NCBI RefSeq assembly: GCF_032191835.1
Contig: NC_083227.1
Span: 166,842,001-166,906,000 of the forward strand
Reading direction: 5' to 3'
DNA from: Heteronotia binoei
Lineage: Eukaryota
Length of the DNA: 64,000 nucleotides
Made by a program: the position numbers and the translations under genes. Positions 50,326 to 61,825 of the stretch are shown here, one piece after another. Every line of letters starts with the position of its first letter. Position 1 is the stretch's first letter. The notes beneath the pieces were generated by a model. The model ran no database searches, was not told the DNA's origin, and saw only the letters and a program-made list of their open reading frames with translations.

Positions 50326-50975
50326 ACTTACCTGAACTGTGACACTGACTTTTCCAGGCCCCACAGCGATCCTGGTTAACCAGGCTGGCCCCAGGGAGGC
50401 TGCCACGTGGCTCGGCTTGGCCCAGCAATTCCCAAGGGCCAGACCAAGTGATCTCAAGGGCCATGTTCTCCACCCCTGACCTAGAGGGAGTATTGGCTGT
50501 AAGTAAAGAGAACATCTAACCTTGAGCTTGCCTCAGAGCCTCCACATCTTTATGTGACAATTGCTGAATTTCCTCCAAACTCAAACCCTTAGTAGGCTCA
50601 AGTAGAAGCCATGTACAAATTCCTGTTGGAATGGCATACGCCCGCTTGTCCAAAACACTGTTGAGTTGCATTTTCATGCCCCTCCTTGGTTATATTTGTT
50701 GAAAAATGCACATTCTGTATCGGTTCAAATCTTATCAGTACTTGTGTATCGAGGAGGGTATTAAATATACATATGATCGTTGTGTGTGCATTTCTGTGCA
50801 GCAAAATATTTTGTTTTAAAGAAAATTATGGGCTAGAGTTGAATCCTATTTGCAAATCGACCCATAAAAAGGCAGAAACCACCTTCAGGACTTGGGCAAC
50901 TTTCTCCATGCCAATTTGACTGGTATGGAAGAAATGCTGGGGAAAGGCAGGACTGTTTCCATTAATCGTGCAAGG

Positions 50976-51532
50976 CAGGGGTATCAAACATGTGGCCCAG
51001 GGGCTGAATCAGGCCCCTGAGCAACTGGCTGTTGTCGATTTCCTTCTCCATCTCTCTTGCTTCCTTCTGCATCAGTTTGCTTTGCCAGGCTTGCTAAATT
51101 GCATGGAAGCTACAGAACAAAGCCTCGTTTTCTTCATTTGCTGAGGCTCCTCTCTTGGGGGGGGGGGGAAGCTTGCTTTGCTAGGCTCTCTCAATCACAC
51201 AGCAGAACTACTGAGCCAAGCCGCGCTTCCTCCTATTGACTGAGGTTCCACCCCCTCCCGGGCCCCTGAGAAAGGAAGAAAAGAGCTGGAGCATCCTTTG
51301 CCCGGTTTCCTGGATCCCATGGGAAAGATACAAAGAAAGCACCTTTACAACAAGTGCTAATGTTTTAATCATATTTTAAGTTTTTAAAAAAATCTTTGTG
51401 CTTATCTGTGTCCTTTATAAAATTTATATCTCCGCTACCTGGCATTGCATTTTATGACACGCATGGCCTGGCCCGACAAGGTCTCATTTATGTCAGATTC
51501 AGCCCTCATAACAAATGAGTTTGACTCCCCTT
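50976..51532. mobile_element. Non-autonomous hAT (Charlie-type termini), decayed
   Basis: caggggtatcaaacat...atgagtttgactcccct. Confidence 0.65.
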
Positions 51533-52085
51533 TGCACATCTGTGACCACGAAGGACCACTAGCTTATTTTCTCCAAACGGAGACCTTTTGCTGTTGTTTT
51601 GCTGAAGCCCCCCCCCCCCCCACATCTGCCCAACCAAACCATCCCTTGTGCAAGACTAAATCACCAGAGTATCCAACAGACTTGTGCATTTCTCTCCCCG
51701 GCCCTCCCGTGTTCAGTTCTCTTTATGACTTGTGCATTTCTAATCAGGTGGCTCTCCCTTGAGATGAACACTGACATGCAAGAGACAGGCCTTTCACCCA
51801 CTCAAATGACAAAGACGAGTGGCAGCTTTATTCTCTGACAGGTAAAGTCATGAGGATGAGTCTGGGAAAGTGGATAAAGTAAGGCAGGGCTGGCTGAGGA
51901 AAGGCTTTGTTAAAGACCTTGAAAGACATGGAAAGGAGCTTGGCAAGCAGAGCAGGGGGACGCAGCTCCAAGCAGACAGTGGCAGCAAAGGACACAGAGA
52001 GAATGCGTTGTATGGCAGCGTGTGCAAAGCTCAGGCCACAAGCGGAGGTGTCAGGAAGCGATTACTGAGATAAAGGAAAGGCTAT

Positions 52086-52388
52086 TTCCATAAGGGCCCC
52101 GTGGCACACAGTGGTAAAGCTGCAGTATTGCAGTCCGAAACTCTGCTCACGACCTGAGTTCGATCCCAGCTGAAGCTGGGTTCAGGTAGCCGGCTCCAGG
52201 TTGACTCAGCCTTCCATCCTTCCGTCAGTAAAATGAGTCCCCAGCTTACTGGGGGGAAAGTGTAGATGACTGGGGAAGGCAAGGGCAAACCACCCCGTAA
52301 AAAGTCTGCTGTGAAAACGTTGTGAAAACGTCACCCCAGAGTCTGAAACAACTGGTGCTTGCACAGGGGACCACTACCTTTACCTTTT
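52086..52388 (+). mobile_element. Sauria-SINE-like element
   Basis: tRNA-like head (gtggcacacagtggtaa / gagttcgatccc) and an (ACCTTT)n end typical of BovB-partnered Sauria SINEs. Confidence 0.75.
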
Positions 52389-53119
52389 TTATTATGTCCA
52401 TACTGCAGATGGGGATCTGAATTTAAAGCACCCAGTGACTTCCAGAGTTGACAAAAGGCCTGGAGAAAAAATACCCTGTCCCTTTAACAGATGCTTAATA
52501 GGATGTTATTTACCAGGTGCTATTATTTACCTCCATGCCATGACAATCTCCAGCAGCCCATTTAAACACATTAAGCCTCTATTCAAGGGCCAGGACATTT
52601 CCCCCCCCCCCCCCCCCCCCCCCCGCTTGCTGGCAGCCCTAGTGACTTAATTACTGAAGACAGACTCAGATTAGGGACTTTCCTCTCTTAGCCGCTATGC
52701 TCAATTGCTATATAGCCTTCGGGCCTTCATGTACAGCTAGGGAAATTCCTCCACCCCCTTTTTTCTCTCTAAATCATCAGAAATGGCTTACAAGTAAAGG
52801 TGGAACAGAGTCAACCAGTACTGAAACTGCAGAGAGTTCTCATTGAAGGCTTTATTGGTAGTGGTTTCACTTACATATTCGTTACAGCTATGAATGCTTC
52901 TGCCTCAGCCACTCGCCCACAGAGACCAGAAGCCATTCTAGCCCTGGGTTGCACAGAGATCCCCCCATTCCGATGTCTCAGTTCACTGTGGCTGCCTTGA
53001 CAGAGAGGGAAAGAACCTTCTCCCCTCCAGCAGAAGTCTTGGCTGAGGGTTCACCTTACTAAGTTTGATGCAACTGCTACGAGCTGTCAAAGCTAAACTC
53101 ACTTGGTTTGGTGTGGAGA

Positions 53120-53605
53120 GCTGGTTTGGTGTAGTGGTGAAGTGTGCGGACTCCTATCTGGGAGAACCGGGTTTGATTCCCCACTCCTCCACTTGCAGCT
53201 GCTGGAATGGCCTTGGGTCAGCCTTATCTCTGGTAGGAGTTGTCCTTGAAAGGGCAGCTGCTGTGAGAGCCCTCTCCAGCCCCACCCACCTCACAGGGTG
53301 CCTGTTGTGGGGGAGGAAGGGAAAGGAGATTGTGAGCCGCTCTGAGACTCTTCGGAGTGGAGGGCGGGATATAAATCCAATATCTTCATCTACCTCACAG
53401 GGTGCCTGTTGTGGGGGAGGAAGGGAAAGGAGATTGTGAGCCGCTCTTAGACTCCTTGGAGTGGAGGGCGGGATATAATCCAATATCTTCATCTACCTCA
53501 CAGGGTGCCTGTTGTGGGGGAGGAAGGGAAAGGAGATTGTGAGCCGCTCTTAGACTCCTTGGAGTGGAGGGCGGGATATAAATCCAATATCTTCTTCTTC
53601 TTCTT
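53120..53605 (+). mobile_element. SINE with three tandem ~104-bp tail units
   Basis: Unit starts at 53288, 53392 and 53495; same junction as the 45-kb array. Confidence 0.9.
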
Positions 53606-53612
53606 CACTTTT

Positions 53613-53657
<45 letters not shown>

Positions 53658-53761
53658 CTTCTGATACAAGTGCCTCAGACACTGGAGCATCTCAATCTGC
53701 TTTTCTGAAGTACCACTGGTCAATTTACACAAAGCAGGACTGAAAATATGCATTTGAAATT

Positions 53762-53767
53762 TTTATT
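53762..53767 (-). terminator. Candidate proximal poly(A) signal of RNASEH2A
   Basis: tttatt on + (AATAAA on -), ~190 nt past the stop and just before a SINE array. Another AATAAA lies at 52851-52856. Confidence 0.5.
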
Positions 53768-53953
53768 ACCCCAAAACTAAGTAAAAAACATAGAAACCGT
53801 GAGATTCTGCACCTTGCAGCTGTCGCTCGAAGGAATTATCGCTCCTGCTTAAATACAAGTTAATGAGAAAAGTTTCTTGTGAAGTCAAACACACTGTGCT
53901 TCACAAATGACAGTATTTTGCATTGCAGCAAGAAGAGAAGGGTGTGCTTTCCC

Positions 53954-54092
53954 CTAGAGGCTTGTCATCGTCTCTAGCTTGCGTTCATGAAAGAAGCGAT
54001 GGAGAGGGCGCCCAGTAGGAGCATCTTTCTGGGCAAAGAAGCTCAGCAGGGACTGTGTGCTTTTCTGGGATGGGTCGTCTTCGCTATCATCC
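53954..54092 (-). CDS. RNASEH2A: RNASEH2A exon 8 (coding part, to stop)
   Basis: cctctccag|G, DDSEDDPSQKSTQSLLSFFAQKDAPTGRPLHRFFHERKLETMTSL*. The joined CDS is 903 nt (300 aa plus stop) with all phases consistent. Confidence 0.96.
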
Positions 54093-54258
54093 CTGGAGAG
54101 GAAGGCAAAAAGATGGTGAGAAATGAGGGGCCAAGGTTGAAGAATCTCTCATGCTTTTGTTATCATGCTGCATTCCACTCCATCCCCGGTAGAGAGCTGC
54201 ACCAGCTTATCTGGGATTCCAGCCTCTCCTGCCTGCCCCAGCCACTGACTTTCACTGA

Positions 54259-54544
54259 GGGCGTTTTTGCACTGACCTTAATCAGCAGCGACGCCCCTCT
54301 TCACCACACAGGATCGGCGCGGATTTCGCACTAATTGCCGCGGAGCACCCGGAAGAGCCGGAAAGTCCCGCGGCTTTTGCGGCGCAAATGTTAACTGGTT
54401 TTTGGCGGTTTCCGTTTGCGCCGCAAAAGCCGCGGGACTTTCCGGCTCTTCCGGGTGCTCTGCGGCAATTAGTGCGAAATCCGCGCCGATCCTGCGCAGT
54501 GAAGAGGGGCGTCGCTGCTGATTAAGGTCAGTGCGAAAACAGCC
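54259..54544. mobile_element. 286-bp near-perfect palindromic MITE (PIF/Harbinger-like)
   Basis: ~130-bp arms, ~26-nt loop, 3-bp TSD TGA (54256-54258 and 54545-54547), CpG-rich. Confidence 0.85.
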
Positions 54545-55547
54545 TGAGAGTCAAAAGGGAAAACAGGTGCTTTAGCAGGCAGACCTTCTTGCCTCAAGGA
54601 GATAGCACTGGATTCCTGCTCCCACCTAACTCAACTCAGGGGAAAGTAGCATGGCTGCCCATTAAGCTCCTTTTAGAACTGCTTGCCTGCCTGCCGAAGT
54701 CAGGCTGAAAAGAAAGGAAGTGATGCAGTCAGCGCTCTTTGGCTCAAGCAGGGAGCTCCCTGGAGGAGGCAGCTGCCCTTCCCAAGAGCACTGAGAACCA
54801 GAGAGGAGAGTCCTGTGGCACTAATGAGTCTTGCCTGAACTTTGCAGAACCTGAGCCAGGGCAGATCATCAGTGATCAGAGAGTGTGGCATGCAGGAGCA
54901 CAAAGGCAAACCACCCGTAGAGCCGTAATACGTATTTATTATTCATTTACTTCACCGATCCCCTGCCCTTTTCCCTACTGGGGACCCAACGTGGCTTACA
55001 TCGTTCTCTTCTCCATTTTATCCTCACAAAAAAACCTGTGGGGGAAGTTAAACTGAGTGTGTGTGACTAGTCCAAGGCCTCTCAGCAAGCACCCATGGTA
55101 GCACAGGGATTCAAACCTGGGTCTCCAGATCCGAGGCAGAAACTTTAACCGCTAGACCAGAATGGCTTGATTTAAGGGAAGGAATCTCCCAGGTGAGCAG
55201 GTCTGCTGTGTATCTTAAATCATTCTTCCCTCCTACCCCCTCTCAGCTCTTCCACTTAAACAGAACCTAAAACTTTCAACCCAGGTTTTTTCCTGCCTCT
55301 GTGATAACTCACCGCCAGTCACACTGAGGACACTGTTGTGCTATAGATTTTCTGCCCTGTAGCTTCCAGATCAAAAGGCTGCCTCGCTGTCTGTCTGCAA
55401 AATTATCTCCCAAAAGCAGAAAGAAGCCCTGACTCACCACTGTTTACAGCAGCAGCAGTTTCCTGCTAAGCTCCAGGGTCTCTTCACCCTCCAACCCAAA
55501 GCGACATTCACTGCCCCAAAGTCCTGTCCTTCTTGCCTCCCACCTAC

Positions 55548-55671
55548 CAGTGAACGGGCACAGCTTTGCTCTCCAGGATGGTCTGAGCAGTACTCCAGCT
55601 GAATCGGACAAACTGTGGGTATCCAAAGACGGGGTCCAGACTTTGCGCAAGCCACTCTTTAGTCTTGGGAT
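55548..55671 (-). CDS. RNASEH2A: RNASEH2A exon 7
   Basis: ccttcag|AT...TG|gtaggt, 124 nt, [40 protein letters not shown](W). Confidence 0.97.
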
Positions 55672-56151
55672 CTGAAGGGTGGGGGGGAAAAGATGGATAA
55701 CCTGTGACATTCGCATTCACGGCATCCTTGCTTCCAAGAGCAGGTCTCCGTCAGGATTTGTGGGTTCCTTTTGTCATCCATGGGAAGGAAATAGTGTTAT
55801 GGGGATAGCAGATGCCCCCAAGTTCTCGAATTTGCTCTGTATTTCTTACACATCACTTTATGCCCTCCTGGAACCTCATCTAAGATTAAGGGTCAGGAAG
55901 TGCTGTGCTGAGATAAAGGAGTCAACGCAGGGCATTTTTGTGGGAGCACAGCAATGGGCAGAAGAGCCACCCACTTCAACAGGGCTGATGGACAGAAGTG
56001 GAGGATGTTTAGCAGTTGACAGAGAAAAAGGCCCACATCATGCTAAAAAATAAAGAAATCTAAACCCAAGAATAAAAGCAGAACTAAAAGTTAGCTACTA
56101 CAAAGGCAACAGTTTGCCCCCACCCCTCCAAACAGAAAGACTGAAGGTTAC

Positions 56152-56239
56152 CATTGGGATAGCCAGAGCCATAATCCAATGCAGCGTCCTCCAGATCCTC
56201 AGCGAATCTCCAGTTTTTTACAGCCCTGTCTCTTGCCAC
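56152..56239 (-). CDS. RNASEH2A: RNASEH2A exon 6
   Basis: ttctgcag|GTG...G|gtaacc, 88 nt, [29 protein letters not shown](D); contains the GSGYP motif. Confidence 0.97.
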
Positions 56240-56683
56240 CTGCAGAATGTGAGAGATAAGGACATAAGAATTATTTTCCGGTATCAGCTTAAGTCCAGCA
56301 GCACCTCAGAGTCCAACGATGTTGTGGAGTAGGAGCTTTCAAGCGTCAAAGCTCCCTTCATCAGAACTTTGACTCCTGAAAGCTTATTCCCCAAACATCT
56401 TATTGGTCTCCAAGGTTCTACTGGACTTGAGTTGAACTGCTGTACTGCAGACCAACACGGCTACTCTCTGAAACTAGCTTCCTGAATCAGACCATCACAG
56501 TCCAGCTTTCTGTCTCCATCAGGCACTAGCTTTGAGAGACCTGTAGAAAACTGACTAATGATGATGACAGCCATTCTCTAGTATCTACAAGTATTCTGCC
56601 TCTGGGCATGAAGGGTCCATTTAGCTGTTATGGCTAACTGAGCAACAGCAGTTTCACAAAGGGGTTCCAAGTCCGGAATTCAC

Positions 56684-56821
56684 CTTGGCGCAGATGCTGG
56701 CTGCACTGACAATGGGGAAGAGGGAGTCTGCCTTGGCTCTTACAGTGACCTCCAGTCCTGGGAACTGGCGTTTCAGCTTCTCTTGGTACTTGTCTGCTGG
56801 CCCCACTGTATCCACAAAGAC
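56684..56821 (-). CDS. RNASEH2A: RNASEH2A exon 5
   Basis: 138 nt, [46 protein letters not shown], with the catalytic Asp residues in VDTVG and KAD; donor AAG|gtgaat. Confidence 0.97.
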
Positions 56822-56907
56822 CTTAATGAGGAAAGAGACACGTTGCATTTAGAGGATAAAATATTCTTGCTACTTTCCACAGGCATGTAGGTGCCGGGGT
56901 GGCTCAC

Positions 56908-56995
56908 CTCTGCAACCTGTACCCCCAAGTCCAATGCATGCTGGATCAGGCCAATGGCTGTGTCATGTGAAAGAGCATTCAGGTTGTACTTCGCT
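56908..56995 (-). CDS. RNASEH2A: RNASEH2A exon 4
   Basis: cctgcag|A...GAG|gtgagc, 88 nt, [29 protein letters not shown]. Confidence 0.97.
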
Positions 56996-57789
56996 CTGCA
57001 GGAAGAAGGAAATGCTGTTAACTCACAGACTTTAACTATCAAAAAGGGATGTTGGAAAAGGAGATGGAACTTTTATCAGGACCTGGTTGCCACAGGCAGG
57101 AGAAACCAGAAGCCACCTTCCCAATTCACTATCAGCAGCAGCTTTACAGTCTGCACACAGTGCACAGTAGAGCACCAGGAATTCAAATTCTATACCTTTG
57201 GCAATTACATGATGTTTGCAGGTCTGTTATGTGCCATAACCAGTTGAAAGAGGAAAGCTGAGCTCACATCAGTAAGCACAGGTATGAAGGATAAAGGAGC
57301 ATGAAGGGAGACATACAGCCAAGATGCCCGTCATTGACGAATGTTCAGCCTTAAAGGCCCTCTAACCTTTCTGACACTCACCAGAACAGGATGGGAGGCC
57401 TCAGCTCTCTAGCATCCTTCTCTGTTCTGTTCCCAAATATAGACTGTCCACTGAGACTACACAAGACACATCACATTGGCAATATTTCACAATGGCCCCA
57501 AAGGGTAAATTGCAGTGTAACCCTACACTGCATTATCTGTCTAAAACCATTAACATCAATGGACTTTTGAAGGATGTAACTCTTCTCAGGATTGCACTGT
57601 TAAACTACCACAGTGGTCACCAGTAGTGACACGTATGGGAATGAGTATGCAGGATCTTCAAGCTCGCATGCTCTCTTTCATGGGCTGTTTAAAAGCAAAA
57701 GACTTTCATAGGCAACCATTTGTGGTTTCTTTTTTCCCCTACCAATCTGAATTTCAAGCTCTGGTTTGAAAGTGAGAGAAGAAATCATA

Positions 57790-58002
57790 CGAACATATGA
57801 AGCTGCCTTCTACTGAATCAGACCCTCGGTCCATCAAAGTCAGTATTGTCTACTCAGACTGGCAGCGGCTCTCCAGGGTCTCAAGCGGAGGTTTTTCACA
57901 CCTCTTTGCCTGGACCCTTTTTAGTTAGAGATGCCGGGGATTGAACCTGGGACCTTCTGCTTACTAAGCAGATGCTCTACCACTGAGCCACCGTCCCTCC
58001 CC
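57790..58002 (-). mobile_element. tRNA-derived SINE, monomer
   Basis: Same family as 2976-3324. Confidence 0.88.
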
Positions 58003-58134
58003 ATAATCATAGTTTATGACGTGGATACAACCACAAAACTCAGTTTCTGTGAAAGCTGCTGAGTTTCATGAGCAAATTGCCCGTGAAAGGAAGAGGGCCC
58101 AATAATGCTCTCCCCTTGTTCCCTTAGTAAGTAA

Positions 58135-58695
58135 AGTAAAGTAAGTAAGTAAAGTAAATTTTATTCTTATATCCCGCCCTCCCCCGCCAGAAGGCGGGCT
58201 CAGGGTGGCTCACAGACATGGCAAGCCATGATTTGGTTAAAACAGATAACAATAATTTAAAAATATGGTTCAATTACATAAATTAATTGAAGTTTAAAAA
58301 TATAAAAATATAAAAATAGATAGAAATAGGTGCTATACTTCTATCAGTCACAAATTACACATTGTCATACATCAGTTTCAGTTATACATAAGGTGGCTAA
58401 AATTACAATAGTTAATCAATTTGGTCTGGTCCTGATTTGAATGGGAGCTGAAAAAGAGAGGTTTTGCAAGCCCTGCGGAACTGGTTCAAGTCCCGCAGGG
58501 CTCGCACCATCTCTGGAAGTTGGTTCCACCAACGAGGGGCCATTAGTGAAAAAGGCTTGCTCCCGGGTTATCTTCAGTCTGGCCTCTCTTGGCCCAGGGA
58601 TTTGTAGGAGGTTTTGGGAGCTGGATCTTAGTGCTCTCTGGGGAATATATGGGGAGAGGCGGTCCCTGAGGTAGGCAGGTCCTCGGCCATATAAC
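58135..58695 (-). mobile_element. L2 3' fragment
   Basis: GRGPAYLRDRLSPYIPQRALRSSSQNLL; (AAGT)n-like tail. Confidence 0.85.
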
Positions 58696-58888
58696 AACAT
58701 GACTGTTTATTAAATGTGACCTATTCCAACTGACCACTGCAGTTGTCTGTTCTGGAATCTGATCTACACGGGATCCATTTCCAGGCAGATACAGAACAGG
58801 CCTGTATGTTGGGGGGAAACGTTCACGTGACGATACACAGTAGCTTCTTATTCCATCTAATGGCTAGTCCGCTTTATCCCCTGCTCAC

Positions 58889-59015
58889 CGCTGCTGCATG
58901 CTAGTAGAGATGAAATTGGGGGAGAGGATATGCAGAGCCCAGCCTACATAATCCTTGGCTGCGTTCAGTTGCTCAAAGAGTTGCTCCCGCTGAGCCTCTG
59001 TCAGTGTCTTGGAGT
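58889..59015 (-). CDS. RNASEH2A: RNASEH2A exon 3
   Basis: ttttcag|AC...CG|gtgagc, 127 nt, DSKTLTEAQREQLFEQLNAAKDYVGWALHILSPNFISTSMQQ(R); contains the DSK motif. Confidence 0.97.
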
Positions 59016-59197
59016 CTGAAAAGGAGAAAGCAGCAGAGGGAAACCAGCTCAGAGACATGGGGCTCAGAAGATGTGAACTGAGGCTGTGCTCAGCAGAAAC
59101 TCTTCCTCAGTGCAAGCAGAGGCAATTCCTGTCCAGATCTCACCTCCTGCTTTGCGACTACTCCATTACAACCCCAGCCAAGCATTTCCTTCTTTAC

Positions 59198-59269
59198 CTG
59201 CTACTTTCAGAGTTTGCAGATCTCCCTGCCGGGCCAGAGGACAGTAACATATTCCATATACCATAGGAC
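59198..59269 (-). CDS. RNASEH2A: RNASEH2A exon 2
   Basis: cccag|GT...G|gtaaag, 72 nt, GPMVYGICYCPLARQGDLQTLKVA(D). Confidence 0.97.
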
Positions 59270-61007
59270 CTGGGAGGAAAAGAAACCCACTCAGTCTCAG
59301 TTTCCCAGCTACAGCACACAGATAATTTGGGCCTACCTTACAGATTTTCTGTAAAATCACTACATAATATATGTGAGATGCCTTAAACACTCTCAGTGCA
59401 CAAAGTAATTGACAGGTGTTATTATAGCCATAGCACAAAGGAGACTTTTCAAAAGCGGTTCAATCACCCAAGATTCTACTTCTCTAGCTGTGATCACAGA
59501 ACCTTCTACTGAGCCCTCCTCGACAGATTTAGAAGTTGGGAGTCAGAAAGATACAGAAATAAGTAAGATGACAAGACAGAATATAATCTCAGATCCAAAT
59601 CTATCACTATTAAGAGTTTTCAAGAGTAAAACACGTTACATTAAAAAAAAATCTTATATTCTTCCTTATTTTTAATGCAAGAGCAGAAATTTGCCAGGAA
59701 AAGAAAAACAACGACAAGCCTTTGTGTTAACTCCTGGGGACAAATAGTGTGGTCTAAAGCACTGATGGAGAAATGTTCAAAGGTTGACCATTGTCCTGGT
59801 GAATTTGCTAAAATAGTCAACATTCTTGTCACAGAAGTCCGGGTAGTGTTAGGCCTACTTCAGAGTGACTTTTCCCTCGCAGATACTGTTGCCAGGAATT
59901 GAAAGCGTCAAGTGCCTTAAAGGCTTTCCCCCCTTGTTTTAAAGTAAAGTTATGGATATATATATATAGCATCATATTTTAATATTATTTATTTTTATTT
60001 TATGTTAGTATATTTCTATTCCATTCTTTCCCCGTAGGGCTCAGGGCGGAGCACAGCATATAATAAAACAATAAAATACAATAAAAACATTTTATGAACA
60101 GACAACTCAACAGCGCTCGGAAAATTTCCATAGCATCCCAATGTTGCCCAGCCGGGCCGTCTCACATCATGACAAGCTGTTCTCCCATAAAGATGGCAGA
60201 GATCATTCCATTTTATAGCACAGCTATAGCTTTCTTTGTAGGAAACTGTCTTAATTCATTTTTGTGTTTAGATTTTTTAAATCTTTGGGAAACACTAAAA
60301 ATGTAAGAGATAGGCTTAGAGACACAGTTGCCAACGAGAGCCGGAGAAAACTGCAGTCTCTTTAATGGACAATGAATGAGATGATATATACCAGGTTATT
60401 TACTTATATCACAAAAAAAAACCTCCGGCTGCCTATTTCCACATCTTAAATTTCTATTAAAGGGGCAGGTCATTTTTTTTTCTAAACCTTTTGGCTGGTT
60501 TACAAAGGGAAAGACAGAACAGAAATGGAGATGGGGAAAAAAAAATCACACATATTGGCACAGAATTCGAATAGTAAGATTAAGGCACAAAACCAGAGTT
60601 GTAATTGTTCTAATGCCCGACATTTTAAATCTCATTGCAATTGCTTTTTAACGCATGCTCACAAACAATCATCAGAGGCTATTTATTAACTGCTGCCATT
60701 TTAAAGATGAGCAACTTTGAGAAGGGCAGGTGGCCGTTCCAAGACGCCCCCGGGGAAATTCATACAGTGTCCTGTAGAATAAGAAGAAAGCGCAGGCAAT
60801 AAGGATTCGCGAGTGGGGCGCTCGTATTGCTGCGTTGAGGGTCCAGATTCAATAGCAGGGCTGGCCAAACTTGCTTAAAATAAGAGCCACACAGAATCCA
60901 TGTCAGATGCTTGAAAGCCGCCAAACATGAACATCGGATGCTTGAGAGCCACGAGGAAGGCAAATAGATGGGGGAGAGGGGGAAAGAAAGCAACTTTAAC
61001 TTTATAT

Positions 61008-61357
61008 GGGGAGGGACAGTGGCTCAGTGGTAGAACATCTGATTGGGAAGCAGAAGGTCCCAGGTTCAATCCCCGGCATCTCCACTAAAAAAGGGTCCAG
61101 GCAAATAGGTGTGAAAAACCTCAGCTTGAAACCCTGGAGAGCAGGGGAGGGATGGTGGCTCAGTGGTAGAACATCTGCTTGGTAAGCAGAAGGTCCCAGG
61201 TTCAATCCCTGGCATCTCCAAAAAAGGGTCCAGGCAAATAGGTGTGAAAAACCTCAGCTTGAGACCCTGGAGAGCTGCTGCCAGTCTGAGTAGACAATAC
61301 TGACTTTGATGGACCAAGGGTCTGATTCAGTATAAGGCAGCATCATATGTCCATATG
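61008..61357 (+). mobile_element. tRNA-derived SINE, dimeric head
   Basis: Two heads joined at ccctggagagc|aggggaggga. Confidence 0.88.
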
Positions 61358-61556
61358 CATTCTCCAAGCTGCCAGCTGGCTTGGCGAAGCGATTTAAAGA
61401 GAGGAATGCCTTCTCCAAGCCAGCCAGCCAATGGGGGCTTCAAGAGCCACACCATACGCGTGAAAGAGCCACAGTTTGGCCACCCCTGTGCAATACGGAT
61501 CCTTTTAAAAACGCCCCGAGGAGTCTCCCCTTCCTTCCGCGCAATCAAGCCCCTAC

Positions 61557-61683
61557 CCAGCACCGGGCCCCTGCCTGCCTCGTCAATGCCCAGGCTGCAG
61601 AGCTCGCGCCGGCAAACGGGCGGCACCGCGGAGTCCACCGAGCAGTTCGCCGCATTGTCCCGCTCGAAGGCGCCCAGCTCCAT
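61557..61683 (-). CDS. RNASEH2A: RNase H2 catalytic subunit A, exon 1
   Basis: [42 protein letters not shown](G), with the catalytic DEAGRGP motif; 127 nt; donor G|gtaggg. Confidence 0.97.
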
Positions 61684-61825
61684 CTTCGCGCGCGCGCCCT
61701 CGGAACGCAGGACGGGAAACGCGCTCCGAAAGCCTGGAGAGCACTGCCTTCTGGGAAGCGGAGTTCGCGCTCACGGCCCCCATGAGCGGCTTCAGACTTG
61801 CATTCCGGCCTGCATGAAAAAGGTC

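Noticed and set aside
49774-50457. 227-aa hydrophobic ORF resembling a membrane protein
   Set aside because: Reverse complement of a purine-rich low-complexity tract.
55434-55547. Second GTGAGT donor 110 nt past the RNASEH2A exon 7 donor
   Set aside because: An in-frame TAG immediately follows the normal donor, and normal splicing gives the conserved exon size and protein.
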